51,842 nt of DNA from Patescibacteria group bacterium (GCA_018818265.1 JAHISN010000078.1:1-51842), one strand, 5' to 3'; positions 15,942 through 24,969 are shown, counted from the first letter of the stretch. The notes: a model not told the origin generated them from the sequence alone. Numbers and translations are program-made.

Positions 15942-16265
15942 ATGACAACAAACAAACTCGGAATCAAAAAGGGCGATAAAGTTCAAGTTATTACCGGGAA
16001 CTACCGCGGCAAACAAGGAGTTGTAGAGCGCGCACTGCCGAAAGAGAGGAAGGTTGTTGTTTCGGGCATTAACATCGTTAAGAGACATATGAAACCGCGC
16101 GGACAGCAAAAACCCGGTGGCATTATTGAAATAACCAAGCCCATTGATGTATCCAAGGTTATGTTCGTTTGTCCGAGTTGCAGCCAAAAAACACGAATCG
16201 GATACGACGCGAAAGGAAAAGAAAAGCATCGTATTTGCAAGAAATGCGGCAAGACAATTAGCTAA
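15942..16265 (+). CDS. rplX: 50S ribosomal protein L24 (with C-terminal CxxC...CxxC)
   Basis: KKGDKVQVITGNYRGKQGVV (KOW) and CPSC...CKKC. Confidence 0.93.
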   Translation: MTTNKLGIKKGDKVQVITGNYRGKQGVVERALPKERKVVVSGINIVKRHMKPRGQQKPGGIIEITKPIDVSKVMFVCPSCSQKTRIGYDAKGKEKHRICKKCGKTIS

Positions 16266-16355
16266 TTAGCTTATAGCTTGATTAGCTTTTTAGATGTACC
16301 CATCAGTCTAACTAAACTAATAAGCTAATGAAGCTAGTAAGCTAACGAAGCTAAC
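16262..16355 (+). repeat. AGCT-word hairpin (rplX-rplE spacer)
   Basis: Left arm CTAATTAGCTTATAGCTTGATTAGCTTTTTAG. Right arm ACTAATAAGCTAATGAAGCTAGTAAGCTAACGAAGCTAAC. Confidence 0.85.
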
Positions 16356-16358
16356 AAA

Positions 16359-16910
16359 ATGTCTCGACTTAAAGATCTATACCAAAAGAAAATAGTTCCT
16401 GAACTCCAAAAAGAACTTGGCCTCTCAAGTTTCTATCAAGTGCCGCAATTATCAAAGGTTGTCTTAAATATGGGAGTGGGAAAAGCAGTAAAGGACAAAA
16501 AGGAATTAGAAGAGGCCGCGGCAGACTTAAGAGTGATTACTGGACAGCAACCAGCAATTACTCGCGCGAAAAAATCAATTTCGAGCTTTATGCTTCAAGC
16601 AGGGATGCCTATCGGCTGTATGGTTACGTTAAGACGCCAGAGGATGTATGAATTTTTGGATAAACTGTATAATATCATCTTACCTCGCACGCGTGATTTT
16701 CATGGCCTCGAGGTTAAAGGCTTCGATGGTCAGGGAAACTATTCTCTGGGCTTAACCGAACAAACTGTTTTCCCTGAAATTGATCCCAACAATGTTGCCA
16801 AAATCCGCGGGTTACAGATAACAGTTGTTACTACAGCAGGCAACAATCAAAAGGCGGAGTTATTGCTGAGAAAGTTAGGATGCCCATTACAGAAGCGTGA
16901 AGAAAATTAA
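16359..16910 (+). CDS. rplE: 50S ribosomal protein L5
   Basis: [21 protein letters not shown]...[15 protein letters not shown]. Confidence 0.96.
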   Translation: MSRLKDLYQKKIVPELQKELGLSSFYQVPQLSKVVLNMGVGKAVKDKKELEEAAADLRVITGQQPAITRAKKSISSFMLQAGMPIGCMVTLRRQRMYEFLDKLYNIILPRTRDFHGLEVKGFDGQGNYSLGLTEQTVFPEIDPNNVAKIRGLQITVVTTAGNNQKAELLLRKLGCPLQKREEN

Positions 16911-16936
16911 TATTGGATACTCTAATAACTGAACTC

Positions 16937-17122
16937 ATGGCGAAAACATCTCAAATTATTAAATCTCAAAGAAAAACAAAGTATCCGTCTCAGACTTACA
17001 ACCGTTGTCATATTTGTCACCGGGCACGTAGTTATATTCGCAAGTTCAAGATGTGCCGAATCTGTTTTCGCAAGCTAGCTCTTACAGGTGAACTGCCGGG
17101 AGTAACAAAGAGCAGTTGGTAA
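16937..17122 (+). CDS. rpsZ: 30S ribosomal protein S14 type Z (zinc-binding)
   Basis: [13 protein letters not shown]...[25 protein letters not shown] 16937 is preferred over the upstream alternative start. Confidence 0.93.
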   Translation: MAKTSQIIKSQRKTKYPSQTYNRCHICHRARSYIRKFKMCRICFRKLALTGELPGVTKSSW

Positions 17123-17129
17123 ATTATTT

Positions 17130-17513
17130 ATGGTTACCGATCCAGTTGCCGACACATTAATAAGTGTAAAAAATGGGTACCTCGCCTCGCGAGTGGATAT
17201 CCGTATGCCCTACACCAAAATGCGCGAATCCATACTTAAAGTCCTTAAGCAGTATGGTTTTGTTGAGGATTACAAGAAAAACACCGATGGCAAATTCCCA
17301 GTTTTTATCGTTTACTTGTACGAGAAAGGCAAATTAACTAATGTTAAACAAATTTCCAAGCCTGGTTGCCGCGTGTATATCAACGCCAAAGACATTCCCG
17401 TTATCAGGGACGGTTTTGGTATTTGTGTTTTATCTACATCCAAAGGTGTAATGAGCGGAGAAGAAGCCAAAAAGAAGAAGTTAGGAGGAGAGTTATTGGC
17501 AAAAGTTTGGTAG
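17130..17513 (+). CDS. rpsH: 30S ribosomal protein S8
   Basis: VTDPVADTLISVKNG...STSKGVMSGEEAKKKKLGGELLAKVW. Confidence 0.96.
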   Translation: MVTDPVADTLISVKNGYLASRVDIRMPYTKMRESILKVLKQYGFVEDYKKNTDGKFPVFIVYLYEKGKLTNVKQISKPGCRVYINAKDIPVIRDGFGICVLSTSKGVMSGEEAKKKKLGGELLAKVW

Positions 17514-17648
17514 AAGAAGTTAAAAGTCAAAAGTCGTAGTTCAAAATTGAAAACTACCACAGGGTTTTCTAGTCCTGGGTTATTCTTACTAATTTTGAAT
17601 TTTGCATTTCAACTTTGCACTTTGCATTTTTAACTTTGAATTTGAAAT
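17514..17648 (+). repeat. Long imperfect hairpin of AAGTTAAAAGT / TTGAATTTTGCA words (rpsH-rplF spacer)
   Basis: Left arm 17514-17557 includes the GTAG-headed hairpin GTAGTT-10 nt-AACTAC at 17536-17557. Right arm 17589-17648 ends at ATG 17649. Confidence 0.8.
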
Positions 17649-18200
17649 ATGTCTAAAATAGGAAAACAACCCATCACTATACCAAAGAACGTCGAAGTCT
17701 TAATTGATGGCCAAAGTGTTGTTATTAAAGGCACTAAGGGAGAGTTAGCCTATACATTACCGGAACTTGTAAACGCAGGGATTGAGGATAGTGAATTACG
17801 GGTTAATCGTGTAAATGATCTACCCACAGCCAAGGCGCTTCACGGAACCTGGCGGGCGCATTTGCAAAATGCAGTTATTGGTGTTGATAAAGGTTATGAA
17901 AAAATATTGGAGCTGGTGGGCTTGGGCTATCGAGCAGAATTAAAGGAGGGCAAATTGGTTTTACTGGTTGGGTTTTCCCATTCGGTAGAAGTTAAAATTC
18001 CCGAGGGCATTAAAGCATCTGTAGTCAAAAACAAGATATCCGTTGAAGGAATTGATAAACATCAAGTCGGCCAGATAGCCGCAATCATTCGCCGAGTCCG
18101 CCCACCGGAACCATATAAAGGCACCGGAATTCGCTATGCGGACGAAGTAATTCGACTTAAGCCCGGTAAGTCAGCCAGGGCGGTAGGAGCGGGAACATAA
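17649..18200 (+). CDS. rplF: 50S ribosomal protein L6
   Basis: MSKIGKQPITIPKNVEV...PEPYKGTGIRY. Confidence 0.96.
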   Translation: MSKIGKQPITIPKNVEVLIDGQSVVIKGTKGELAYTLPELVNAGIEDSELRVNRVNDLPTAKALHGTWRAHLQNAVIGVDKGYEKILELVGLGYRAELKEGKLVLLVGFSHSVEVKIPEGIKASVVKNKISVEGIDKHQVGQIAAIIRRVRPPEPYKGTGIRYADEVIRLKPGKSARAVGAGT

Positions 18201-18613
18201 TGAGTCAAAAGCGAGAAGGGAAAAGTCTATTAATTATGAGTTGCGCAAAAAATCAACAAAAAAAAATAGTAACCCAAAGAGCCCGCCGACAAAGTCGTAC
18301 ACGTGCTAAAATATGGGGCACAGGGGATCGGCCGAGGTTAACAGTGTTTCGTTCTAATAAACACATTCGCGTGCAGGTCATTAATGATGACCAACAGCAC
18401 ACCTTAGCATCAGCCTGCGATAGTCAACTCGAAAAAAAATCATTCGCGGGCAAGACCAAAAAAGAAGCCTCCTTTGAAGTTGGTAAATTAATTGCCGATA
18501 AAGCTTCGTCCATAAACATTAAACTGGTCGTTTTCGACCGCGGAGCATACAAATATCACGGAAGGATTAAAGCATTAGCCGAAGGAGCAAGGAAGGGAGG
18601 GCTGGTGTTTTAA
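18200..18613 (+). CDS. rplR: 50S ribosomal protein L18 (alternative start ATG 18236)
   Basis: RPRLTVFRSNKHIRVQVI...FDRGAYKYHGRIKALAEGARKGGL. Confidence 0.93.
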   Translation: MSQKREGKSLLIMSCAKNQQKKIVTQRARRQSRTRAKIWGTGDRPRLTVFRSNKHIRVQVINDDQQHTLASACDSQLEKKSFAGKTKKEASFEVGKLIADKASSINIKLVVFDRGAYKYHGRIKALAEGARKGGLVF

Positions 18614-18635
18614 GTTTTATGCATTAGAAATTACT

Positions 18636-19211
18636 ATGTTTGAAAGAAAAGAAAGACAACAAGAGAAAGACGATCTCATCCGGAGAGTTATTCAGATTAA
18701 GCGAGTCTCAAAAAAGACCAAGGGAGGGAATCGTTTGGGATTTACGGCGTTGGTTGCCGTAGGAGATGGCAAGGGGCATGTAGGAGTCACGGCCTGTCAT
18801 GCCAAGGATGTTTTCTTGGCCATCCAGAAAGCTAACCACAAGGCCAAAGGCAAAATGCAGGAAATAAGATTAGTGCATGAGCACCGCACAATTCCCCATT
18901 ATGTAGAAATTAAGAATGGCGCGGCCCATGTTTTGTTAAAGCCAGCGCCGGCTGGCACTGGAATTATTCTCGGCGGCGCAATGCGAGCAGTGGCCGAAGC
19001 CGCTGGGATTAAAAATATCGTAGGCAAAAACCTTGGCACACGGAATAAGAAAAACACTGCGGACGCGATGATGATAGCGCTCGCACAGTTGAAGGGAAAA
19101 GAAGAGAGACTAGTAGGAAAAAAGCGTAAAGCTCAAAGCCCTGCCTCGCCCGCCTCGGCACGCCGAAGACGAGACGGGCCGGCAGGCGGGTCAAAACGCA
19201 AAACGAAGTAA
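18636..19211 (+). CDS. rpsE: 30S ribosomal protein S5 with a 25-30 aa basic C-terminal extension
   Basis: VIQIKRVSKKTKGGNRLGFTALVAVGDGKGHVG. The tail AQSPASPASARRRRDGPAGGSKRKTK is encoded by a GC-rich palindromic segment. Confidence 0.93.
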   Translation: MFERKERQQEKDDLIRRVIQIKRVSKKTKGGNRLGFTALVAVGDGKGHVGVTACHAKDVFLAIQKANHKAKGKMQEIRLVHEHRTIPHYVEIKNGAAHVLLKPAPAGTGIILGGAMRAVAEAAGIKNIVGKNLGTRNKKNTADAMMIALAQLKGKEERLVGKKRKAQSPASPASARRRRDGPAGGSKRKTK

Positions 19212-19263
19212 AGGTAATTAGGTCCAGCTGAACTGGACCGGTAATTTTCAACTTTTAATTTTT
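19212..19263 (+). repeat. GGTAATT-flanked 7-bp hairpin plus AACTTTTAA words (rpsE-rplO spacer)
   Basis: GGTAATTA [GGTCCAG-CTGAA-CTGGACC, 19221-19239] GGTAATTT, then TTCAACTTTTAATTTTTAAC. Confidence 0.75.
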
Positions 19264-19308
19264 AACTTTTTCCGCCAGAGGCGGATCAGCCCTTGGCTGA
19301 AACTTGAA
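19264..19308 (+). repeat. 45-nt double-hairpin module identical to 2827-2871
   Basis: AACTTTTTCCGCCAGAGGCGGATCAGCCCTTGGCTGAAACTTGAA, ending 2 nt before the rplO ATG. Confidence 0.9.
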
Positions 19309-19310
19309 AC

Positions 19311-19760
19311 ATGCGCCTACATAATTTACCAAAAATCACCCAACGGAAAAAGAAACTTCTTGGGCGTGGGCCGGGAAGCGGCAAAGGAAAAACATCCGGA
19401 CGAGGCATGAAAGGGCAAAAAGCCCGATATAAAGTCCGTCCCGGCTTTGAAGGCCGCCAGCCCAGATTGACCAAGCGATTACCTAAACTAAGAGGGAAAG
19501 GGAGATTGTTGCCGCACAAGCCCAAACCAAAGACAATTGATATTGCGCGCCTCAACATATTCCGCGCCGGTTCACGGGTAACACCGGAAATACTGGTAGA
19601 AAAAGGCCTAGTTAAAAAAATCCCCCCTGCCGGCATTAAAATACTTGCCAAGGGCAAACTTGAAAAAAAACTAACCTTGGAAGGCTTTAAGATCTCTAAG
19701 GGCGCGAGAGAGCAGGTGGAAGAGTTGGGAGGGAAAATAAAGGAAATCTCAAGCGACTAA
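19311..19760 (+). CDS. rplO: 50S ribosomal protein L15
   Basis: MRLHNLPKI...GRGPGSGKGKTSGRGMKGQKAR. Confidence 0.95.
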   Translation: MRLHNLPKITQRKKKLLGRGPGSGKGKTSGRGMKGQKARYKVRPGFEGRQPRLTKRLPKLRGKGRLLPHKPKPKTIDIARLNIFRAGSRVTPEILVEKGLVKKIPPAGIKILAKGKLEKKLTLEGFKISKGAREQVEELGGKIKEISSD

Positions 19761-19783
19761 TGACAACTGCTCACTAACCAACC

Positions 19784-21058
19784 ATGTTCTCTAATCTGAA
19801 AACCATCTTCCGCAACAAGGAAATTCGCTCAAAGATCATCTTTACTATCTCCATTATAACTATCTTTCGCTTCTTAGCGCACATTCCCTTGCCCGGAGTG
19901 GACCTAGAAGCATTTAGTCAACTATTCAAGAGCAGTGAGTTTTTAAATCTCCTAAACCTATTTTCTGGCGGCGCTTTAAGCAATTTCTCTATTATCGCCT
20001 TAGGTCTAAATCCCTATATTAATGCCTCTATCGTACTGCAACTTCTAATGATGATCTTCCCCGCCCTGGAAAAGATTGCCAAAGAGGACAAAGACGGCCA
20101 GCGCAAAATCAACCAGTACACCCGGCTTCTTACCGTACCACTAGCAATTATTCAATCTATCGGCATATACTTTCTACTGCGCAATCAGGGTATTATCGGA
20201 ACAATGTCCTTACTAAAGCTGGGACTAATGTCCCTATCTTTGGTGACTGGCTCGGTCTTTTTGATTTGGCTGGGTGAGTTAATTAATGAACACGGCGTCG
20301 GCAACGGCATCTCAGTATTGATTTTTGCCGGTATTTTATCAGGAATGTCAATCTCTTTTGTTCGCACACTCATGGTACAAACGGCACACAGCACCTTTAG
20401 CCTCATTTTATTTGTGGGCGTTCTAATAACTACTATCGCCGGCATTATTCTTATTACCGAGGCCCAAAGGGAAATACCCATCCAATATGCTCAAAGAGTA
20501 CGCGGACGGAAAATCTACGGCGGCCAACTCACCCACCTGCCACTGAGATTAAACCAGGCTGGGGTTATGCCAATTATTTTTGCCATGTCGCTGTTATTAC
20601 TACCCAACATGGCGTTCACCTTTTTAGGCAACGCCAACTGGGGATGGCTCTCGCGGGCAGCACAAATAGCTTCCGGCATTCTAGCAAATCAGGCCATTTA
20701 CGCGGCACTATACTTTCTACTTGTTGTTGGTTTTACCTACTTTTATACAGCTGTTCAGTTTAACCCTCAGGAAATTGCGGAAAATCTGCAAAAGCAGGGC
20801 GGCTTTATTCCCGGTATCCGCCCGGGCCGCGGCACCACAAAAGCTTTAAATCGTATTGTTTCCCGCATTACCCTGGTAGGAGCGTTCTTCCTGGGTGGCA
20901 TTGCCATTTTGCCGATGCTTACGCCTAAACTTACAGGCGTAACGACATTCACCCTGGGCGGTACGGGTATTCTAATCGTTGTCTCCGTTATTGTGGAAAC
21001 TGCCAAGCAACTAGAATCCATGCTGGTAATGAGAGACTATGATGGATTCCTCCGGTAG
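19784..21058 (+). CDS. secY: Preprotein translocase subunit SecY
   Basis: Ten-TM profile, [35 protein letters not shown]. Confidence 0.96.
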   Translation: MFSNLKTIFRNKEIRSKIIFTISIITIFRFLAHIPLPGVDLEAFSQLFKSSEFLNLLNLFSGGALSNFSIIALGLNPYINASIVLQLLMMIFPALEKIAKEDKDGQRKINQYTRLLTVPLAIIQSIGIYFLLRNQGIIGTMSLLKLGLMSLSLVTGSVFLIWLGELINEHGVGNGISVLIFAGILSGMSISFVRTLMVQTAHSTFSLILFVGVLITTIAGIILITEAQREIPIQYAQRVRGRKIYGGQLTHLPLRLNQAGVMPIIFAMSLLLLPNMAFTFLGNANWGWLSRAAQIASGILANQAIYAALYFLLVVGFTYFYTAVQFNPQEIAENLQKQGGFIPGIRPGRGTTKALNRIVSRITLVGAFFLGGIAILPMLTPKLTGVTTFTLGGTGILIVVSVIVETAKQLESMLVMRDYDGFLR

Positions 21059-21274
21059 TTAAAAGTCAAAAGCATGCCACGTGGGCTGAGCTTGTCGAAG
21101 CCTTTTCGTGGTTAAAAATTTAAAGTCAAATATCCAAAACTGACAAATTTTTCAGCTCAGCCGCAACACCAGGGCGTAATTTTGGCAGGCTCAGCAAACA
21201 AAGTCGAGCGATGAAAAGGGAAACCATGAGTTATGTTTTGAGCATTCGGAATTTCGTATATTCGGACATTCACT

Positions 21275-21856
21275 ATGACAATCGTAGTTATGGGCCCTCA
21301 GGGGTCCGGCAAATCAACTCAGGCAAAATTTCTGGCGGAGGAAATGGGACTGTTGTATGTCTCAACCGGAAATATTTGTCGAGAGGCTTCGGAAAAAGAC
21401 ACAGCCGAGGGCCGCAAGATTGCATGGCAGCTAAAGGAGGGTTTATTACCGCCAAGCGACCTCATGACCAAAATTCTCATTAACTGGCTAGATGAACATG
21501 GAAATGTTAAAGGCATCGTCACCGATGGTTATCCTCGGAGCCTAGAAAATGTTGAAGATATTGAAGAAAAGATACTCCCTGCCTACGGCCCCCTTGAGAA
21601 AGTTATTTACATTGACACATCCAAAGAAGAATGTCTTAAAAGACTAACCAAACGGGCCGAAATTGAACATCGGATTGATGAGACTCCCGAGGCAATCAGC
21701 ATGCGGCTAAAACTGTATTTTGAACGAACAGTTCCCGTACTGGATTATTATCGCGAGAAGGGACTTCTAGTTAAGATAAATGGGAATAAGGGTATTGAGG
21801 AAATACAAGAAGACATATTGAAAATAATTAACCCCCAACCCTCCATCACCATCTAA
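21275..21856 (+). CDS. adk: Adenylate kinase
   Basis: P-loop MGPQGSGKSTQAKFLAEE, DGYPRS, synteny after secY. Confidence 0.9.
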   Translation: MTIVVMGPQGSGKSTQAKFLAEEMGLLYVSTGNICREASEKDTAEGRKIAWQLKEGLLPPSDLMTKILINWLDEHGNVKGIVTDGYPRSLENVEDIEEKILPAYGPLEKVIYIDTSKEECLKRLTKRAEIEHRIDETPEAISMRLKLYFERTVPVLDYYREKGLLVKINGNKGIEEIQEDILKIINPQPSITI

Positions 21857-21893
21857 AAAGGTTTGCGCGTTCTGATTTTTTCACATAAAACAT

Positions 21894-21922
21894 TTGTGAA
21901 TATTTCTTCTCAGTGTTATAAT
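21894..21922 (+). promoter_or_regulatory. nusA promoter, extended -10, near-leaderless geometry
   Basis: TTGTGA, 17-nt spacer (ending TGt), TATAAT. The -10 ends 8 nt before ATG 21931 and there is no SD. Confidence 0.55.
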
Positions 21923-21930
21923 GCCCCCAC

Positions 21931-23082
21931 ATGATCAGATCCGAGTTTATGGCCGCCGTTAATCAAATTTGCTCCGAGCGAGGCATTGAGCCCAAAGTAG
22001 TTATCGAGACACTTCAGAAGGCTATCCATGCAGCTTATCGTAAAGATTACGAAGATCATGAGGACGTTGAAGTCCAAATCAGCAAAAAAACCGGCGCCGT
22101 GAGAATACTGGAAGAAGGTAAAGATATCACTCCTCCAGGATTCGGCCGCATCGCGGCTCAAACAGCCAAGCAGGTTATTTTGCAGGGTGTGCGGGAGGCT
22201 GAAAAAGATGCCATTATTAATGAATACCAAGACAAAGTGGGTACGATAGTTTCGGGAATGCTTCAGCGGCGCGAGGGTCAAGACTGGATTGTTGGGTTAG
22301 GCCGTACAACAGGGACCCTGCCCCGTGAGGAACAGATTCACTACGAAGATTACCGCAACAACCAACGCTTATTCTTTTATATTAAAGAGATCAGTGAACA
22401 ACACCACAAAACGCAGATTGTTCTTTCGCGCTCTCACCAGGAACTTCTATGCGGTCTTTTTAAGCAAGAAATCCCCGAGATAGCAAATAAAGCTATTGAA
22501 ATTAAAGCGGTAGCCCGTGAGCCGGGGCACCGATCGAAAGTCGCCGTTGCCTCAACCCAAGACGGAGTTGATGCCGTTGGTTCCTGCGTAGGTCAGCGTG
22601 GTATACGGATACAAGCAGTAACTGATGAGCTTAACGGTGAAAGGATAGATGTTATTTTATGGAACGAAGCTCCAGAAAAGTTTATCTCCGCCGCCCTTTC
22701 GCCTGCTGATGTAACTAATATTAAAATCAACGAAAAAGAGGGTACCGCCTATGTACAGGTGCCTGATGATCAAATTTCTCTAGCTATTGGGAAAAAGGGA
22801 CAAAATGCCCGCTTGGCGGCAAAACTAACTGGCTGGCGCATCGACATCCACGGTGAAAAGGAATCGTTAGAACTGTCCCCGGCAGCAGAAGAGGGGTTAG
22901 AAGAGAAAGTTCCTGCCAATATCTTAACCCGTTTAGAAAAAGCCGAAACTAGCTGGGAAGAAGCAACAAAAATGAGCAGTGAAGAGCTTTCAGCCCTAAA
23001 GGGTGTTGGGGCGAAAACTGTGGAAAAAATTAGAGAGATTATAGAAAACTCAATCCCTAACGAAGTAAAAGAAGGTGAATGA
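21931..23082 (+). CDS. nusA: Transcription termination/antitermination factor NusA
   Basis: N-terminal domain, S1 and two KH domains (GSCVGQRGIRIQAV, AIGKKGQNARLAAKLTGWRIDI). Confidence 0.95.
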   Translation: MIRSEFMAAVNQICSERGIEPKVVIETLQKAIHAAYRKDYEDHEDVEVQISKKTGAVRILEEGKDITPPGFGRIAAQTAKQVILQGVREAEKDAIINEYQDKVGTIVSGMLQRREGQDWIVGLGRTTGTLPREEQIHYEDYRNNQRLFFYIKEISEQHHKTQIVLSRSHQELLCGLFKQEIPEIANKAIEIKAVAREPGHRSKVAVASTQDGVDAVGSCVGQRGIRIQAVTDELNGERIDVILWNEAPEKFISAALSPADVTNIKINEKEGTAYVQVPDDQISLAIGKKGQNARLAAKLTGWRIDIHGEKESLELSPAAEEGLEEKVPANILTRLEKAETSWEEATKMSSEELSALKGVGAKTVEKIREIIENSIPNEVKEGE

Positions 23083-23339
23083 CCAATGCCAGCTTGCCAT
23101 CCATCCTTACTCTACGAACATGTATTGGTTGTCATATTATCAATAAAAAAGAAGATATGCTGCGTCTTTCGCTCAATCCCAATCAGGAAGCTATTGTTAA
23201 CGGAAAGGGAGGGGCAGGAGGGCGTGGCGCTTATGTTTGTAACTTATCATGCCTAAAAAGAGCCCTGGAGAAAAATCAACTAAGTCGCGCCTTCCGGCAG
23301 AAAGTCAACCTCAACCGACTCATGAAGCTGGTCAGTTAA
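23079..23339 (+). CDS. ylxR: YlxR/DUF448 family RNA-binding protein
   Basis: LRTCIGCHIINKKEDMLRL...GRGAYVC, positioned between nusA and infB. Confidence 0.85.
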   Translation: MTNASLPSILTLRTCIGCHIINKKEDMLRLSLNPNQEAIVNGKGGAGGRGAYVCNLSCLKRALEKNQLSRAFRQKVNLNRLMKLVS

Positions 23340-24850
23340 TCTCCCGCCCCCCGATCGTCTGTTTTTTGGGCCATGTTGACCACGGCAAAACCAGTATTCT
23401 TGATTTTATCCGCCAAACCCATGTACAAAAAAGCGAGGCGGGCGGCATTACCCAATCTATTGGCGCTTGTCATGTGGAAGGTATTACTTTTATCGACACA
23501 CCAGGTCATGCCGCCTTTACAGCTATGCGCGCCCGTGGAGGACAAACGGCCGATATTGCCGTATTGGTTGTTGCCGCAGACGATGGGATAATGCCTCAAA
23601 CCATTGAGGCGATTGCTCACATTAAGGCGGCTGGTGTGCCCATGCTGGTGGCTATAAACAAGATGGATATACCGTCAGTTACTTCCGATAAAGTTAAGCA
23701 GCAATTAGTCGAACAGGGGATATTGCTGGAAGGGTGGGGTGGAGACGTTGTTAACGTGGAGTGTTCAGCAATAACCGGTAAGGGGGTTGACAATCTTTTG
23801 GAAATGTTAAAACTAATGGCAGAAATCGAGGAGTTTAAATCAGACCCCAAAGCTAGACCCGAGGGCATTTTACTGGAATCATTTTTAGATAACCGCCGCG
23901 GCCCGATTGCCACGGTTATTGTTAAGCAGGGAACCCTTGAAAAGGGACAAAATTTGGTTGCCGAAGACACTAGCGGTCGTATTAAAGGCCTCTGGGACTG
24001 GCAGGGAAAAATACTTAATAAGGTTGGTCCCGGTTTCCCAGCAGAAATTTTGGGTCTTAAAAACATTGTGCGCGGCGGAGTCAAGTTCACCGTCACGGGC
24101 ACAGGAAAAGAAGCACTGGCTTTGTGCAAGCCGACGCTTATAAAAGCGCCTGCTAAACCAAAGGCCAAACATGTAAAGAGCGACATTGACCAAAACAAAG
24201 ACGAGGAGGGAAATGATACAAGCGAAGAGGAAGAAAAAGTTAGACTAATTAAATTAGTAATTAAAACTGATACCGACGGCAGTCTGGACGCTTTACGTTA
24301 CTCTATTATCCATTTAGAAAACGAGAAAGTGCAAGTTCTCTTTGTACACGAAAGCGTGGGGAATATTACCGAGGCCGATGTTTTGCTCGCTCAAAGCAGT
24401 GGCGCTTCTATTGTAGGACTCAAGGTTAAAGCCGATGCTGTTGCTCGCCAGCTTATTAAGCAAGAGGGCGTTCCGACAAAGACCTACGAAATTATTTATC
24501 ACTTGCTGGAAGATTTGGCAAAAATTATTAAAGGGAAAGAGAAAGAAGGCGAATTGGTACGAACAGGTCTGGCCACGGTCTTAAAAGTATTTGTGCTTTC
24601 TAATAAATCTATGGTTGCTGGAAGCAAAGTGAAAGAAGGCGCGTTTAAACTGAACCAGCAAGTGAGAATTTGGCGAGACAAAAAACAGGTCGGTGAAAGT
24701 AGAATCGTTTCTCTGAAAATTCTTAAAAAGGAAATTAGAAAAGTCTCAGAGGGTGAGGAATGCGGCATTATCATTTCACCCGCGTTTGAATTTAAGCAAG
24801 GCGATATTATAGAAGCTATGGAAGAATCAAAAGTAGATTATTCGTTGTAG
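23249..24850 (+). CDS. infB: Translation initiation factor IF-2 (minimal form, about 33 aa before the G domain)
   Basis: RPPIVCFLGHVDHGKTS, DTPGHAAF, NKMD. No alternative in-frame start lies between 23249 and the G domain. Confidence 0.92.
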   Translation: MPKKSPGEKSTKSRLPAESQPQPTHEAGQLISRPPIVCFLGHVDHGKTSILDFIRQTHVQKSEAGGITQSIGACHVEGITFIDTPGHAAFTAMRARGGQTADIAVLVVAADDGIMPQTIEAIAHIKAAGVPMLVAINKMDIPSVTSDKVKQQLVEQGILLEGWGGDVVNVECSAITGKGVDNLLEMLKLMAEIEEFKSDPKARPEGILLESFLDNRRGPIATVIVKQGTLEKGQNLVAEDTSGRIKGLWDWQGKILNKVGPGFPAEILGLKNIVRGGVKFTVTGTGKEALALCKPTLIKAPAKPKAKHVKSDIDQNKDEEGNDTSEEEEKVRLIKLVIKTDTDGSLDALRYSIIHLENEKVQVLFVHESVGNITEADVLLAQSSGASIVGLKVKADAVARQLIKQEGVPTKTYEIIYHLLEDLAKIIKGKEKEGELVRTGLATVLKVFVLSNKSMVAGSKVKEGAFKLNQQVRIWRDKKQVGESRIVSLKILKKEIRKVSEGEECGIIISPAFEFKQGDIIEAMEESKVDYSL

Positions 24851-24890
24851 CGGCCATCCTTACCCCTTCCTCACCACCCCAAAAGGATGG
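24845..24890 (+). repeat. GTAG-headed hairpin overlapping the infB stop codon
   Basis: TTGTAGCGG (the TAG is the infB stop), then CCATCCTT-21 nt-AAGGATGG. Confidence 0.7.
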
Positions 24891-24918
24891 TATGTTCTGA
24901 TTTTTTCACATAGAAAAC

Positions 24919-24943
24919 AGGGCCGGCTGTTAAAACCGGCCCT
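24919..24943 (-). terminator. Hairpin terminator between the convergent genes infB and 24970-25629
   Basis: AGGGCCGG-9 nt-CCGGCCCT. On the minus strand it is followed by GTTTTCTA. Confidence 0.5.
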
Positions 24944-24969
24944 ATTGGCACTTGACTCCTGGCGCACTT

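Noticed and set aside
19212-19310. A hidden rpmD (L30) gene between rpsE and rplO.
   Set aside because: The 99-nt spacer is fully accounted for by repeats and has no ORF of suitable length or composition.
21211-21483. A 90-aa ORF overlapping the adk start.
   Set aside because: It is out of frame with the well-supported adk P-loop ORF and has no motifs. Its upstream half lies in a repeat-containing spacer.
23617-24198. Long antisense ORFs inside conserved genes: 193 aa in infB, 48203-48709 in dnaA, 27979-28512 in GT2, 30758-31201 in clpC and 15861-16229 opposite rplX.
   Set aside because: These are shadow ORFs opposite strongly supported genes. Their composition is low-complexity or Ser/Pro-rich and they carry no motifs.
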